64,000 bases of DNA from an uncultured Candidatus Rokubacteria bacterium (lineage in GTDB: Bacteria; Methylomirabilota; Methylomirabilia; Rokubacteriales; DASRDR01). Position 1 is the stretch's first letter. Each line of letters opens with the position of its first letter. The position numbers and the translations under genes were made by a program. This document shows positions 47,281 through 56,425 of the stretch, in pieces. A model generated the notes under the pieces. It did no database searches and was not told the origin of the DNA. It was given only the letters and a program-made list of their open reading frames with translations. The stretch spans positions 1,216,001 through 1,280,000 of the forward strand of contig CAWGVS010000005.1 of assembly GCA_963826115.1 (NCBI GenBank), written 5' to 3'.

Positions 47281-49608
47281 GTGTCGCCCACACCGAGCCC
47301 GATCGGCGCCTCACCGCGCCGGAAGGAAGATGCGCCGCTCCTCGTGGGGCGGGGCCGTTACCTGGACGATCTTCACCGCCCGGGCACCCGCCACCTGGCC
47401 GTGATCCGGAGCCCTCACGCGCGCGCCCGCATCCTGAGCGTCGACGCGACCGCCGCGCGGGCCCTGCCGGGCGTGCTGGTCTTCTTCGCGTCCGACCTGC
47501 CCGAGGTCGCCCGCGGCATCCCGGCGCCGTTCGGGAGCACGCCCAGCACCCGCCCCTACGTCCAGGTCGTGCTCGCCGGCGAGGAGGTTCGCTACGTCGG
47601 CGAGCCCGTCGGCGTCGTCGTGGCGGACGATCCGTACCGGCTGGCCGACGCCGTGGACGCGGTCGCGATCGACTACGAGCCGCTCGCGCCGGTGACGACG
47701 CTCGAGGCCGCGACCCGCGGCCGCGAACGGGTCCACGGCGACTGGCCCGACAATGCCGCCATCGTCGCGCGCGGCGCGATCGGCGAGGTGGAGCCCGCGC
47801 TCGCGTCGGCCGACCTCGTCGTGGAGGAGCGGCTGTACCATCCGCGCATCACCGCGGTGCCGATCGAGCCGCGCGGCGTCCTGGCGTATCCCGATCCGGA
47901 GTCCGGCGCCCTGATCGTCTGGTCGTCGACCCAGAACCCCTACCTCGTCCGGGACGCGGTCGCCGTGGCCCTCGGGCTCGCCGCCGAGGAGGTCCGCGCG
48001 ATGGCGCCCGACGTGGGCGGCGGCTTCGGCCCGAAGGGGTCCGTCTACCACGAGGAGCTGCTGGTCGCGGCCGTCGCGCGACGCCTGGGACAGCCCGTCA
48101 AGTGGATCGAGGGGCGTCGCGAGCACTTCGTCGCCACGGGACACGATCGGGAGCAGCTCCACGCCGTGCGCATCGGCTTCCGGCGCGACGGGACGCTGGT
48201 CGGCATCGACGACGCCTTCCAGGCCGACGTGGGCGCCTATCCCGTCGAGGGGGCCGGCCTCACGCTCAACACCGTCAATCACCTGCCGGGCCCCTACCGC
48301 CTCCCTCACTACCGGAGCGTCGGCACCAGCTACGTCACGAACAAGACCCAGAACGCGGCGTACCGCGGCGCCGGCCGCCCGGAGGCCGTGTTCGTCATGG
48401 AGCGGCTGCTCGACATCGGCGCGCGCCGCCTCGGGCTCGATCCGATCGAGCTCCGCCGCCGCAACCTCGTGCAGCCTGGCGAGATGCCGTACCGGTCGGG
48501 CCTCACGTACAAGGACGGCATCCCCATCGCGTACGATCCGGGCGACTTCCCCGCCGCGCTCGACCGGGCCCTCGAGGCCCTGCCGCTCGCGGCGTTCCGG
48601 ACGCGCCAGGCGCGGCAGGCGCGGACGAGCCGGCGCATCGGCGTGGGCGTGGCCTGCTACGCCCAGGGCTCGGGCATCGGCCCCTACGAGGGCGCCGAAG
48701 TGCGCGTCGACCCGAGCGGCAAGGTGTACGTCACGATCGGCGTCGCGGCCCAGGGTCAGGGTCACCAGACGACCCTCGCCCAGATCTGCGCCGCCGAGCT
48801 CGGCGTCCGGCTCGACGACGTGGTCATCGTCGCGGGCGACACGGACCGGTTCCCGATCGGTATGGGCACCGGCGGGAGCCGGGTGGCCGCCAATACCGGA
48901 CCGGCCGTCGCTCGGACGGCGCGCGAGGTGCACGCCCGCGCCCGCACGGTCGCGGCGGAGCTGCTCGAGTGCGCTCCCGAGGACGTCCGGATCGAGGAAG
49001 GGCGCGCCTTCGTGGCGGGCGTGCCCGGGCGGGCTGTCACCCTGGGGCGGCTCGCCCACGCCGCCATCCGCTCGAAGGCGCTCCGCAAGACGGGCGAGCC
49101 GGGCCTTCAGCGGTGCTCGTACTTCTACCCGAACACCGTGACCTGGGCGTCCGGCGTCCAGGCCGCCGCGGTCGAGGTCGACCTCGAGACCTGCGAGATC
49201 CAGCTCCTCGCCTACACGGTGGTGCACGACAGCGGCCGCGCGATCAATCCCGCCATCGTCGAGGGTCAGCTCCAGGGCGGGGCCGCACAGGGAATCGGCG
49301 CCGGGCTCTGGGAGGAGCTCGTCTACGACGACGCGGGACAGCTCCTCACCGGGAGCCTCATGGACTACGGGCTGCCCAAGGCCGACCAGCTGCCGGCGCT
49401 CCCCGTCGCGCTCCTCGACCACCCATCGGCCGTGAACGACCTCGGCATCAAGGGCGTGGGGGAGAGCGGCGCGATCCCGGGCGCGGCCGCGATCGCCAAC
49501 GCGGTCGAGGACGCGGTCGCCGACCTCGGCGTCACGATCCGAGAGGTCCCGGTGACCGCCGCGCGCCTCTTCGCCCTACTCGAGGCCGCGCGGGCCCGCC
49601 GGTCCTGA
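47281..49608 (+). CDS. xanthine dehydrogenase family molybdopterin-binding large subunit (CoxL form II-like)
   Basis: RKED, GGGFGPK, AYRGAGR, QGQGHQT, GSR, EGQLQGG, KGVGE. Confidence 0.92.
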   Translation: MSPTPSPIGASPRRKEDAPLLVGRGRYLDDLHRPGTRHLAVIRSPHARARILSVDATAARALPGVLVFFASDLPEVARGIPAPFGSTPSTRPYVQVVLAGEEVRYVGEPVGVVVADDPYRLADAVDAVAIDYEPLAPVTTLEAATRGRERVHGDWPDNAAIVARGAIGEVEPALASADLVVEERLYHPRITAVPIEPRGVLAYPDPESGALIVWSSTQNPYLVRDAVAVALGLAAEEVRAMAPDVGGGFGPKGSVYHEELLVAAVARRLGQPVKWIEGRREHFVATGHDREQLHAVRIGFRRDGTLVGIDDAFQADVGAYPVEGAGLTLNTVNHLPGPYRLPHYRSVGTSYVTNKTQNAAYRGAGRPEAVFVMERLLDIGARRLGLDPIELRRRNLVQPGEMPYRSGLTYKDGIPIAYDPGDFPAALDRALEALPLAAFRTRQARQARTSRRIGVGVACYAQGSGIGPYEGAEVRVDPSGKVYVTIGVAAQGQGHQTTLAQICAAELGVRLDDVVIVAGDTDRFPIGMGTGGSRVAANTGPAVARTAREVHARARTVAAELLECAPEDVRIEEGRAFVAGVPGRAVTLGRLAHAAIRSKALRKTGEPGLQRCSYFYPNTVTWASGVQAAAVEVDLETCEIQLLAYTVVHDSGRAINPAIVEGQLQGGAAQGIGAGLWEELVYDDAGQLLTGSLMDYGLPKADQLPALPVALLDHPSAVNDLGIKGVGESGAIPGAAAIANAVEDAVADLGVTIREVPVTAARLFALLEAARARRS

Positions 49609-50055
49609 TCCCGCCGTCCCCACCGCGCGGCCGAGCTGGCGCCACGCGAAGAAGGTCAAGGCCGCGCAGACCGCCAGGCCGAGTCCCATCAGGAGATAGA
49701 ACAGGAGGTCGGTGACCCACGCGGGGAGGAGCCAGAACGGCAGGCTCCCCGACACGCCCCACGCGCGTGGGCCGCCCGACAGGAAAAGAGCCCAGACCGA
49801 GAGCACGAGAAACCCCGTCGACACGAGGGCGCCCAGGAGCGCACCCAGGACGTCCGGGACCTCGCCGCGCGCCGGGCCGGCGCCGCGCATCACCAGGATG
49901 CCCGCCAGGACGAACATCCCGCCGATCATGCCCACGAGCCAGCGCGGGCCATGGAACTGCGCGTCGTCGGCGAACAGGGACGCCCAGATCGGCACCACAC
50001 CGCTCGCGACGACGACGAGCCCCAGCCAGGGGCTGGGTGGCGTCTTCCCGCTCAT
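49576..50055 (-). CDS. hypothetical membrane protein (about 4 TM)
   Basis: four hydrophobic segments; follows the hydrolase gene; 3' end overlaps the molybdoenzyme gene by 33 nt. Confidence 0.65.
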   Translation of the reverse strand: MSGKTPPSPWLGLVVVASGVVPIWASLFADDAQFHGPRWLVGMIGGMFVLAGILVMRGAGPARGEVPDVLGALLGALVSTGFLVLSVWALFLSGGPRAWGVSGSLPFWLLPAWVTDLLFYLLMGLGLAVCAALTFFAWRQLGRAVGTAGSGPAGPRGLE

Positions 50056-50059
50056 TCGG

Positions 50060-50848
50060 CTATCCGCGCAGAAACTCCAGAACGAGGCTCGCGAAGGCCT
50101 CCGGCATCTCGTCGACGACCGCCACCGAGCCGCCCTGGATCGGCGACACCCGGCTGCCGGGGATGTGCCGCGCGACCACCTCTCCCTGCGGCGCCGCGAA
50201 CGGATCCGCGGTCCCCCACGTGACGAGCGTGGGGCAGCGGACCCGCCCGATCTTCTCCTCCATCCGGTACCGGCTGCAGGCGCCGTGCCCCTCCCGGATC
50301 TTCTCGCCAGCCCGCAGCGCGTCGGCGAGGAACCGCGTCAGGAGATCCGGCCGGTCCTTCGGGTAGAAGCCCTGGCGGATCTGCCAGAGCTCGGCCAGGT
50401 GGGTCCCGTCCGGCTTCGCCTCCACGTGGTCGACGCGGTGTCCCCCGGTGCGCTGGCGTCGGTCGCGGTCGGCCGAGTCGACGTAAGGGCACGAAGAGAG
50501 GACGAGCCGCTCGACGCGGTCCGGATGGGACGCGGCCAGCTCCATCGCGATGACGGCGCCGGTGTGGTGCCCGACCACCGCCGTCCGGCCGACCCCGAGG
50601 CCGTCCAGCAAGGCGATCGCCCCGCGCGCGTAGTCCTCGATGTCGCACCGCCCGGGCGGCTTGTACGACTCGCCGTAGCCGATCGTGTCCATGGCGATCA
50701 CCCGCCGCTCCCGCGCGAGGACCGGGATCACGTCGCGGTACTCGTCCCACGAGCGCGGCGTCTGGTGGAGCAGCAGCACGGGCGGGCCGGCGCCGGCGGT
50801 CGCGTAGTGGATCTGACCGTCCGGCGTGCCCTGGAACGCTCGCTTCAC
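50060..50848 (-). CDS. alpha/beta-fold hydrolase
   Basis: LLHQTP, DTIGYGES, VGHHTGA elbow (His in the usual nucleophile position). Confidence 0.8.
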   Translation of the reverse strand: MKRAFQGTPDGQIHYATAGAGPPVLLLHQTPRSWDEYRDVIPVLARERRVIAMDTIGYGESYKPPGRCDIEDYARGAIALLDGLGVGRTAVVGHHTGAVIAMELAASHPDRVERLVLSSCPYVDSADRDRRQRTGGHRVDHVEAKPDGTHLAELWQIRQGFYPKDRPDLLTRFLADALRAGEKIREGHGACSRYRMEEKIGRVRCPTLVTWGTADPFAAPQGEVVARHIPGSRVSPIQGGSVAVVDEMPEAFASLVLEFLRG

Positions 50849-50888
50849 GTCTTCCCTCCCCGTCGCCGGAGCTCGGACGTCGACCCCG

Positions 50889-51833
50889 TCACGCCTCGCC
50901 GGTGAGCGCGCGGCGCGGGTTGTCCACCGTCAGCCGGTGGTAGAGCTCGTCGCCGATCCCGAGACTCCGGAGCTCCTCCCGGAGTCCGGTCGCCACGAAC
51001 GCGTAGCCGCGGCCACCGTACGCGACGTAGTCCGTCCGCCAGCACACGTCCTGGGACAGGACGAGGTGCCCCTCGAGGCCGGCGCGCACGAGGTCCTTGA
51101 TCCCCTGGAGCATCCGCTCGTGCTCGTACGGCTGCGGGACTCCCATCCGGTCGAACGACAGGAAGGCGCCACGCTTCGCGAGCGCCGCGTGGTACTCGTG
51201 GACCGGATAGGAGTGGGCGTGCCCGACGACGACCCGCCGCGGGTCCACGCCCTCCTCCTGCAGGATGTCCAGCTGGTCGAGGCCCACCGGGGAGTTCAGC
51301 GCGTGCGTGGTGATGGTCACCCCCGTCCGCCTGTGCGCCCGTCCCACCGCGCGGAACACCCGCTCCTCGACCGGAGAGATCCAGGTGAAGTGGGACCCGA
51401 TCTCTCCCAGGATGCCGGCCCGCACGTCCGTGCCGTCGATCCCGTGCACGACGTCGCGCTCCAGCTCCTCGGCGATCTGGTCGGTCTTGGCGCGCCACAG
51501 GCGCCGCTCGTAGTAGGGCTCCCGGTACCACCCGGCGCCGAGCACGATCTGGAGGCCGACGCGCCTGGCCATGTCCCGGACGGCGACTGCATGCTTCGTC
51601 GGGGTGATGTCGTGGTCGTGCCCGCGAAGACCACCCGTCGTCTGGTCGACCAGCGTCACCCCGCCGGCCTTCTTGTACAGGAGGAGCTCACGGTAGGCGA
51701 GCTCCGGGTCGTTCAGCATGCTGTTGCGCCCGAGCACGTCGCGAGTGAGGTCGAGGAAGATGTGCTCGTGCATCAGGGTGAAGCCGAGATCTCCGGCCGC
51801 CACCGGCCCGGTCACGGTCATGACGGACGCCAT
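50889..51833 (-). CDS. phosphotriesterase-related amidohydrolase (Php-like)
   Basis: TVTGPV, TLMHEH, GEIG, TTH, VGH, SFD, LSQD, NPRRAL. Confidence 0.9.
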   Translation of the reverse strand: MASVMTVTGPVAAGDLGFTLMHEHIFLDLTRDVLGRNSMLNDPELAYRELLLYKKAGGVTLVDQTTGGLRGHDHDITPTKHAVAVRDMARRVGLQIVLGAGWYREPYYERRLWRAKTDQIAEELERDVVHGIDGTDVRAGILGEIGSHFTWISPVEERVFRAVGRAHRRTGVTITTHALNSPVGLDQLDILQEEGVDPRRVVVGHAHSYPVHEYHAALAKRGAFLSFDRMGVPQPYEHERMLQGIKDLVRAGLEGHLVLSQDVCWRTDYVAYGGRGYAFVATGLREELRSLGIGDELYHRLTVDNPRRALTGEA

Positions 51834-51876
51834 TGTCCCCCCCGCCCTCCTGTGGCGCTCGCCGGCGCGCGGTCGG

Positions 51877-52746
51877 TCATCTCCGCCGCCGCGTGAGCAG
51901 GACGCCCGCGACGACGGCCGCCCCGCCCACCAGCGACGTCACCGCGACCCGCTCTCCGAGGAGAAGCGTGGCCGCCAGCACCGCGAAGAACGACTCCATG
52001 TTGGCATAGATCGCGGTCCGCGCGGCCCCGAGCCGTCGCACCGCCGCGTACCAGAGCAGGCTCCCGAGGGCGCCGCCCGCCGTGCCTGCGTAGAGGACGC
52101 CGGCGAACGCCCACCACGGAAGTCTCCAGTCCTGGGCGAGGAGCCCGGGCAGCGCGAAGGGAATCAACCCGAGCGTCCCCGTCAGCGTGATCCAGAACGT
52201 CCCGGCCAGCGTGCCGCGGCTCCGGAGGATGGGCGTGGCGAGAATCGTCCACACGCCCCACGTGATCGCGGCGCCGACGGTGAGAAGGTCCCCCAGGACG
52301 GACGCCTCGCCCGCCGCGCCGCTGGCCGGCCAGCCGATGATCAGCGCGGACCCGAGCACACCGAGCGCGAGCCCCGTCACGTCGAGCCGCCCGAGGCGCA
52401 CGTGCCCGAGCGCCTGGCTCATCCCGAACACGAACAGCGGGGTGACCGTGAAGATGAGCCCCGAGTGGGACGCGGTCGTGAGGTGGAGGCCCCACGAGTA
52501 GAGCATCTGGTTGACCGTGAACCCGATCAGCCCCGCGGCGAGGAGCGCCGGCAGGTCCTCGGCCGACGGCGCCCGCCAGCTTCCGGTCCGCCGGAGCGCG
52601 ATCGCCAGTACGATGCACGAGATCGTGCCGCGGGCGACCATGAGGGTGAGCGGGCTCATCACGGTCATGAGCCCCTTGAGGATGGGGAAGCTCACGCCCC
52701 AGACGAACACGGCGAGCAGCGCCCCGGCGTCCGCCCAGGTCAGCAC
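51877..52746 (-). CDS. DMT/EamA family transporter (tandem copy)
   Basis: 10 TM, WGVSFP, TTASH, LGDLL, LLGE. Confidence 0.9.
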   Translation of the reverse strand: MLTWADAGALLAVFVWGVSFPILKGLMTVMSPLTLMVARGTISCIVLAIALRRTGSWRAPSAEDLPALLAAGLIGFTVNQMLYSWGLHLTTASHSGLIFTVTPLFVFGMSQALGHVRLGRLDVTGLALGVLGSALIIGWPASGAAGEASVLGDLLTVGAAITWGVWTILATPILRSRGTLAGTFWITLTGTLGLIPFALPGLLAQDWRLPWWAFAGVLYAGTAGGALGSLLWYAAVRRLGAARTAIYANMESFFAVLAATLLLGERVAVTSLVGGAAVVAGVLLTRRRR

Positions 52747-52756
52747 GCGCGCCGCC

Positions 52757-53626
52757 TCAACCCGGCCGGCGCGTGAGCAGGACGCCCGCGACGACGACCG
52801 CGCCGCCGACGAGCGCCGTCAGCGCGACGCGCTCCCCGAGGAGCAGCGCCGAGGCCAGCACCGCGAAGAGCGACTCCAGGTTGGCGTAGATCCCGGTCCG
52901 CGCGGCCCCGAGGCCCCGCACGGCGGCGTACCAGAGCAGGCTCGCGAGCGCGGCGCTGATCGCGCCCGAGTAGAGAATCCCCGCGACGGCCCACCACGGC
53001 AGCGCCCAGTCCTGGGCGAGGAGCCCGGGCAGCGCGAAGGGGATCAGCCCGAGCGTCCCCGCCACGCTCATCCAGAAGGTGCCGTCGAGCGTCCCGCGGC
53101 GGCGGAGGATCGGCGCGGCCATCACGGTCCACACGCCCCAGGTGGTCGCGGCGCCGATCATGAGCAGGTCCCCCAGGATCGGCGACGCGCCGGCCGCCCC
53201 GGGGTCCGGCAAGCCGATGATCAGCACGGCGCCGGCCACTCCGAGGGCGAGGCCGAGAAGGTCGAGCCGGCGCACCTGGACCTGGCCGAGCGCCCAGCTC
53301 AGCCCGAAGACGACGAGCGGGGTGACGGTGAAGATCAGCCCGGCGTGGGACGCCGTCGTCATGTGAAGCCCGCGGGCGTAGAGGATCTGGTTCAGCGTGA
53401 AGCCGGCCAGGCCGACCGCCAGGATCTCCGGCAGCTCCCGCAGCGCCGGCACCCGCCACTGACCGGTCAGGCGGAGCGCCGCGGCCAGGACGGTCAGCCC
53501 GACGAGCCACAGGATGACGACGAGGGCCAGCGGGTCCACCACGGCCATGAGAGCCTTCATGACCGGGAAGCTGACGCCCCACAGGAAGACGGCGAGCAGC
53601 GCCCCGCCGTCGGCCCTGGTCAGCAC
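52757..53626 (-). CDS. DMT/EamA family transporter (tandem copy)
   Basis: paralog of the neighbouring gene, same 870-nt length from GTG 53626. Confidence 0.88.
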   Translation of the reverse strand: MLTRADGGALLAVFLWGVSFPVMKALMAVVDPLALVVILWLVGLTVLAAALRLTGQWRVPALRELPEILAVGLAGFTLNQILYARGLHMTTASHAGLIFTVTPLVVFGLSWALGQVQVRRLDLLGLALGVAGAVLIIGLPDPGAAGASPILGDLLMIGAATTWGVWTVMAAPILRRRGTLDGTFWMSVAGTLGLIPFALPGLLAQDWALPWWAVAGILYSGAISAALASLLWYAAVRGLGAARTGIYANLESLFAVLASALLLGERVALTALVGGAVVVAGVLLTRRPG

Positions 53627-53793
53627 CAGGCGGACACGAGACGATCGCCCGCTCGGGAGCGGGAGGGCGCGCCACCTCCACGGAGCCGCGGCGGCGGTGG
53701 CACAGGCACCCCGACATCGTACGCGAGGCGCGCCGCCTCGGCCACTCGACGGGCGCTTTCTTCTCATCGTCTCATCGCCGCGGAGCCCAGCCC

Positions 53794-53823
53794 TTGACAG
53801 CCCCCGACGGCGCCGCCTAGCAT
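53794..53823 (+). promoter_or_regulatory. sigma70 promoter TTGACA-18-TAGCAT, leaderless-type
   Basis: perfect -35; -10 lies 7 nt before TTG 53831. Confidence 0.65.
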
Positions 53824-53830
53824 CGCCACG

Positions 53831-54719
53831 TTGGAGCTCACACGCGAGGCCGTGCTCGTGGCTCCCGATACCTCCCGCGAAATGCCGCGCCTCGGGCGGC
53901 GCATCCGGCGCGCCTTCCGGAGCTCGGTCGTCCTCGGCGGTCTCATCGTCTCGGTCGCTGATCGTGGCGGTGGCCCTCCTGGCAGGCGTCCTCGCGCCAG
54001 TGGCGCCCGACGAGCAGAACTTCGAGCTCCTCGAGGCGCCGCCCGGCCACCAGGCCTGGCTCGGCACGGATCGCCTGGGCCGGGACGTCCTGAGCCGCGT
54101 GATCCACGGCTCCCGGATCTCCCTCTACGTCGCCGCCGTCTCCATCGGGTCCGCCATGCTGGTCGGCGGCGCGCTGGGCCTCACCGCCGGCTATCTCGGA
54201 GGGCGGTGGGACAACCTCGTCAGCCGAGTGATGGACGTCTTCTTCAGCGTGCCCGGGCTCCTCCTCTCCATCGGCATCGCCGCGATGCGGGGCCCCGGCG
54301 TCAACAGCGCGGTGATCGCGATCGCCATCGTCTACACGCCGATCTTCGCGCGCATCATGCGGGGCCCCGTGCTCGCCGAGCGCGAGAAGGAGTACGTGGA
54401 GGCGGTCCGGGCGCTCGGGGCCGGACGCGTGAAGGTGGCGCTCCGCCACGTGCTCCCGAACGTCCTCTCGCCCTTCGTCGTGCAGGGCACCGTGGCGTTC
54501 TCGCAGGCGATCCTCATCGAGGCCTCGCTCAGCTACCTCGGCCTCTCCGCCCAGCCCCCGACGCCGTCCTGGGGCAACATGCTGAACGAGGGGCGGACGT
54601 ACCTCGAGACCGCGCCCTGGATCTCCGTCTTCCCGGGCCTCGCCATCATGACGGCGGTCTTCGCGTTCAACCTCCTCGGCGACGGCCTCCGCGACGTGCT
54701 CGATCCCCGATCCCAGTGA
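53831..54719 (+). CDS. ABC transporter permease (DppC-like), +1 frameshift at ~53954
   Basis: N-terminus in frame 53831, remainder (LGTDRLGRD, EYVEAVRALGA, NLLGDGLRDVLDP) in frame 53514. Confidence 0.85.
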
Positions 54720-54747
54720 CCACCCCTCGCTCCCAGGAGAAGAGCTC

Positions 54748-56358
54748 ATGACGACGCGTGACCGACAGCTCGACGACGCCGCCACCCGCTCCAGCGCGCC
54801 CAGCCGGCGCGACGTCCTCAAGGCGGGCGGCGCCGTCCTGGGGACGCTCGCCCTCGGCCGCGGCGCCGTCGCCCAGACGCCGAAGGCCGGCGGGACGATC
54901 ATCTCCGCCCAGAACAACGAGGCGACCGGGCTTGACCCGCAGCTCGTCCCCGCGCTCTCGCGGAGCCGGCGATCGCCTCTCACCTACAGCCAGCTCGTGC
55001 GCTTCGACGAGAACATGGCGATCCAGCCTGAGCTCGCCGAGTCCTGGACCCTCTCCGACGACAAGCTCACCTGGACGTTCAAGCTCAGGCAGGGCGTGAA
55101 GTTCCACGACGGCCAGGAGCTGACGAGCGACGACGTCAAGTTCACGTTCGACCGGCTCCTCGAGAAGTCGGCCGGCGGCAAGGCGGACTTCACCGCGCTC
55201 GACAAGGTGGAGCCGGCCGGCAAGCACCAGGTCAAGATGGTCACCAAGGAGCCGTTCGCGGCGCTCCTGGCCGCCCTCGCCGGCTTCTGGGGCTACGTCG
55301 TGAGCGAAGCGGGCGTGAAGGCGAGCGGCGGCGACCTCAACAAGGCGGCAGTGGGCACGGGCCCCTTCCTCCTGGCCGACTGGAAGGTCGAGCAGCAGAT
55401 GGTCTTCAAGAAGAACCCGAACTACTGGAAGAAGGGACTGCCCTACGTCGACGAGGTCGTCATCCGGATCATCCCGGACGAGGCGAACGTCGTCGCCGCC
55501 CTACGGGCCGGGCAAATCCACCACGCGTTCATCGAGGACAACAAGAACTGGAGCCTCCTGAAGGACGAGAAGTCGCTCACGGGCTACCGGTCCTCGCGGC
55601 TCGGCTACGACTACCTGAACATCAGCGCGAACCGCGTGAACGCCCCGGCGGACAAGCCGTGGCCCCTCAAGGACGTCCGCGTCCGCCAGGCGATCAGCTA
55701 CGCCGTCGACCGGAACGCGATCCTCCGGGTCGCCGCCGCCGGCTTCGGGCGCCTGACCGCCCCCGCCACCGCGCCCATGAAGCAGTGGCAGATCCCCGAG
55801 GACCAGTGGATGAAGTACTACAAGCCGGATCTCGACAAGGCCAAGAAGCTCCTGGCCGACGCCGGGTTCCCCAACGGCTTCTCCGTGAAGCTCTGCGTGA
55901 TACCGACGTTCCCGACGATGGTCAACGGCGCGCCGGTGGTGGCGGCGAACCTGAAGCGCATCGGGATCAACGTCGAGATCGAGAACGTCGAGTACGCGGT
56001 GTGGATCAAGCGGTGGCTCGCCAAGGATTTCGACATGACGATGAACACGACGCCGGGGTACGGCGACCCCGACACCGCGTTCTTCCGGGCGCTCCACGCG
56101 ACCAAGGGGCAGAACTGGAACAGCTCGAGCCCCTCGGACCTGGACGGGATGCTCGAGGAAGGCCGGCGCACGTTCGACCAGAAGCGCCGGAAGGAGATCT
56201 ACGACAAGGTCCAGATCATGATCCTCGAGCAGGTGCCGCACCTCTGGCTCTTCTCGGCGGATCACATCGACTTCAGCCAGAGCTACGTCAAGGGCTGGGT
56301 CCAGCACCCGACGACGAACCTCTACGGCTTCGAGCGCGTCTGGCTCGACAAGGCCTAG
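54748..56358 (+). CDS. ABC substrate-binding protein family 5, Tat-exported
   Basis: SRRDVLK signal, GVKFHDG, GTGPF, VRQAISYAVDR, VWLDK. Confidence 0.93.
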   Translation: MTTRDRQLDDAATRSSAPSRRDVLKAGGAVLGTLALGRGAVAQTPKAGGTIISAQNNEATGLDPQLVPALSRSRRSPLTYSQLVRFDENMAIQPELAESWTLSDDKLTWTFKLRQGVKFHDGQELTSDDVKFTFDRLLEKSAGGKADFTALDKVEPAGKHQVKMVTKEPFAALLAALAGFWGYVVSEAGVKASGGDLNKAAVGTGPFLLADWKVEQQMVFKKNPNYWKKGLPYVDEVVIRIIPDEANVVAALRAGQIHHAFIEDNKNWSLLKDEKSLTGYRSSRLGYDYLNISANRVNAPADKPWPLKDVRVRQAISYAVDRNAILRVAAAGFGRLTAPATAPMKQWQIPEDQWMKYYKPDLDKAKKLLADAGFPNGFSVKLCVIPTFPTMVNGAPVVAANLKRIGINVEIENVEYAVWIKRWLAKDFDMTMNTTPGYGDPDTAFFRALHATKGQNWNSSSPSDLDGMLEEGRRTFDQKRRKEIYDKVQIMILEQVPHLWLFSADHIDFSQSYVKGWVQHPTTNLYGFERVWLDKA

Positions 56359-56365
56359 GCCGCAC

Positions 56366-56415
56366 GGCGAGGTCCCGTCGCCCGGGCCAGCCGGCCCACG
56401 GCGCGGGGCCTCGCC
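56366..56415 (+). terminator. long imperfect intercistronic stem-loop after the SBP gene
   Basis: GGCGAGGTCCCG...CGGGGCCTCGCC outer stem, GGGCC-AGCC-GGCCC apical stem; no U-tract. Confidence 0.55.
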
Positions 56416-56425
56416 CGGGGGCGCC

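Noticed and set aside
47281-49608. Bona fide aerobic CO dehydrogenase
   Set aside because: Lacks the form I AYXCSFR motif, and there are no coxM, coxS or accessory genes nearby
46290-49715. 1141-aa ORF as a giant novel protein
   Set aside because: Only about the first 70 codons are real (acetamidase N-terminus); the rest is an off-frame shadow over two real genes caused by a frameshift
291-53960. Programmed ribosomal frameshifting at the five broken genes
   Set aside because: No slippery sequences or shared context, and these families are not known for recoding
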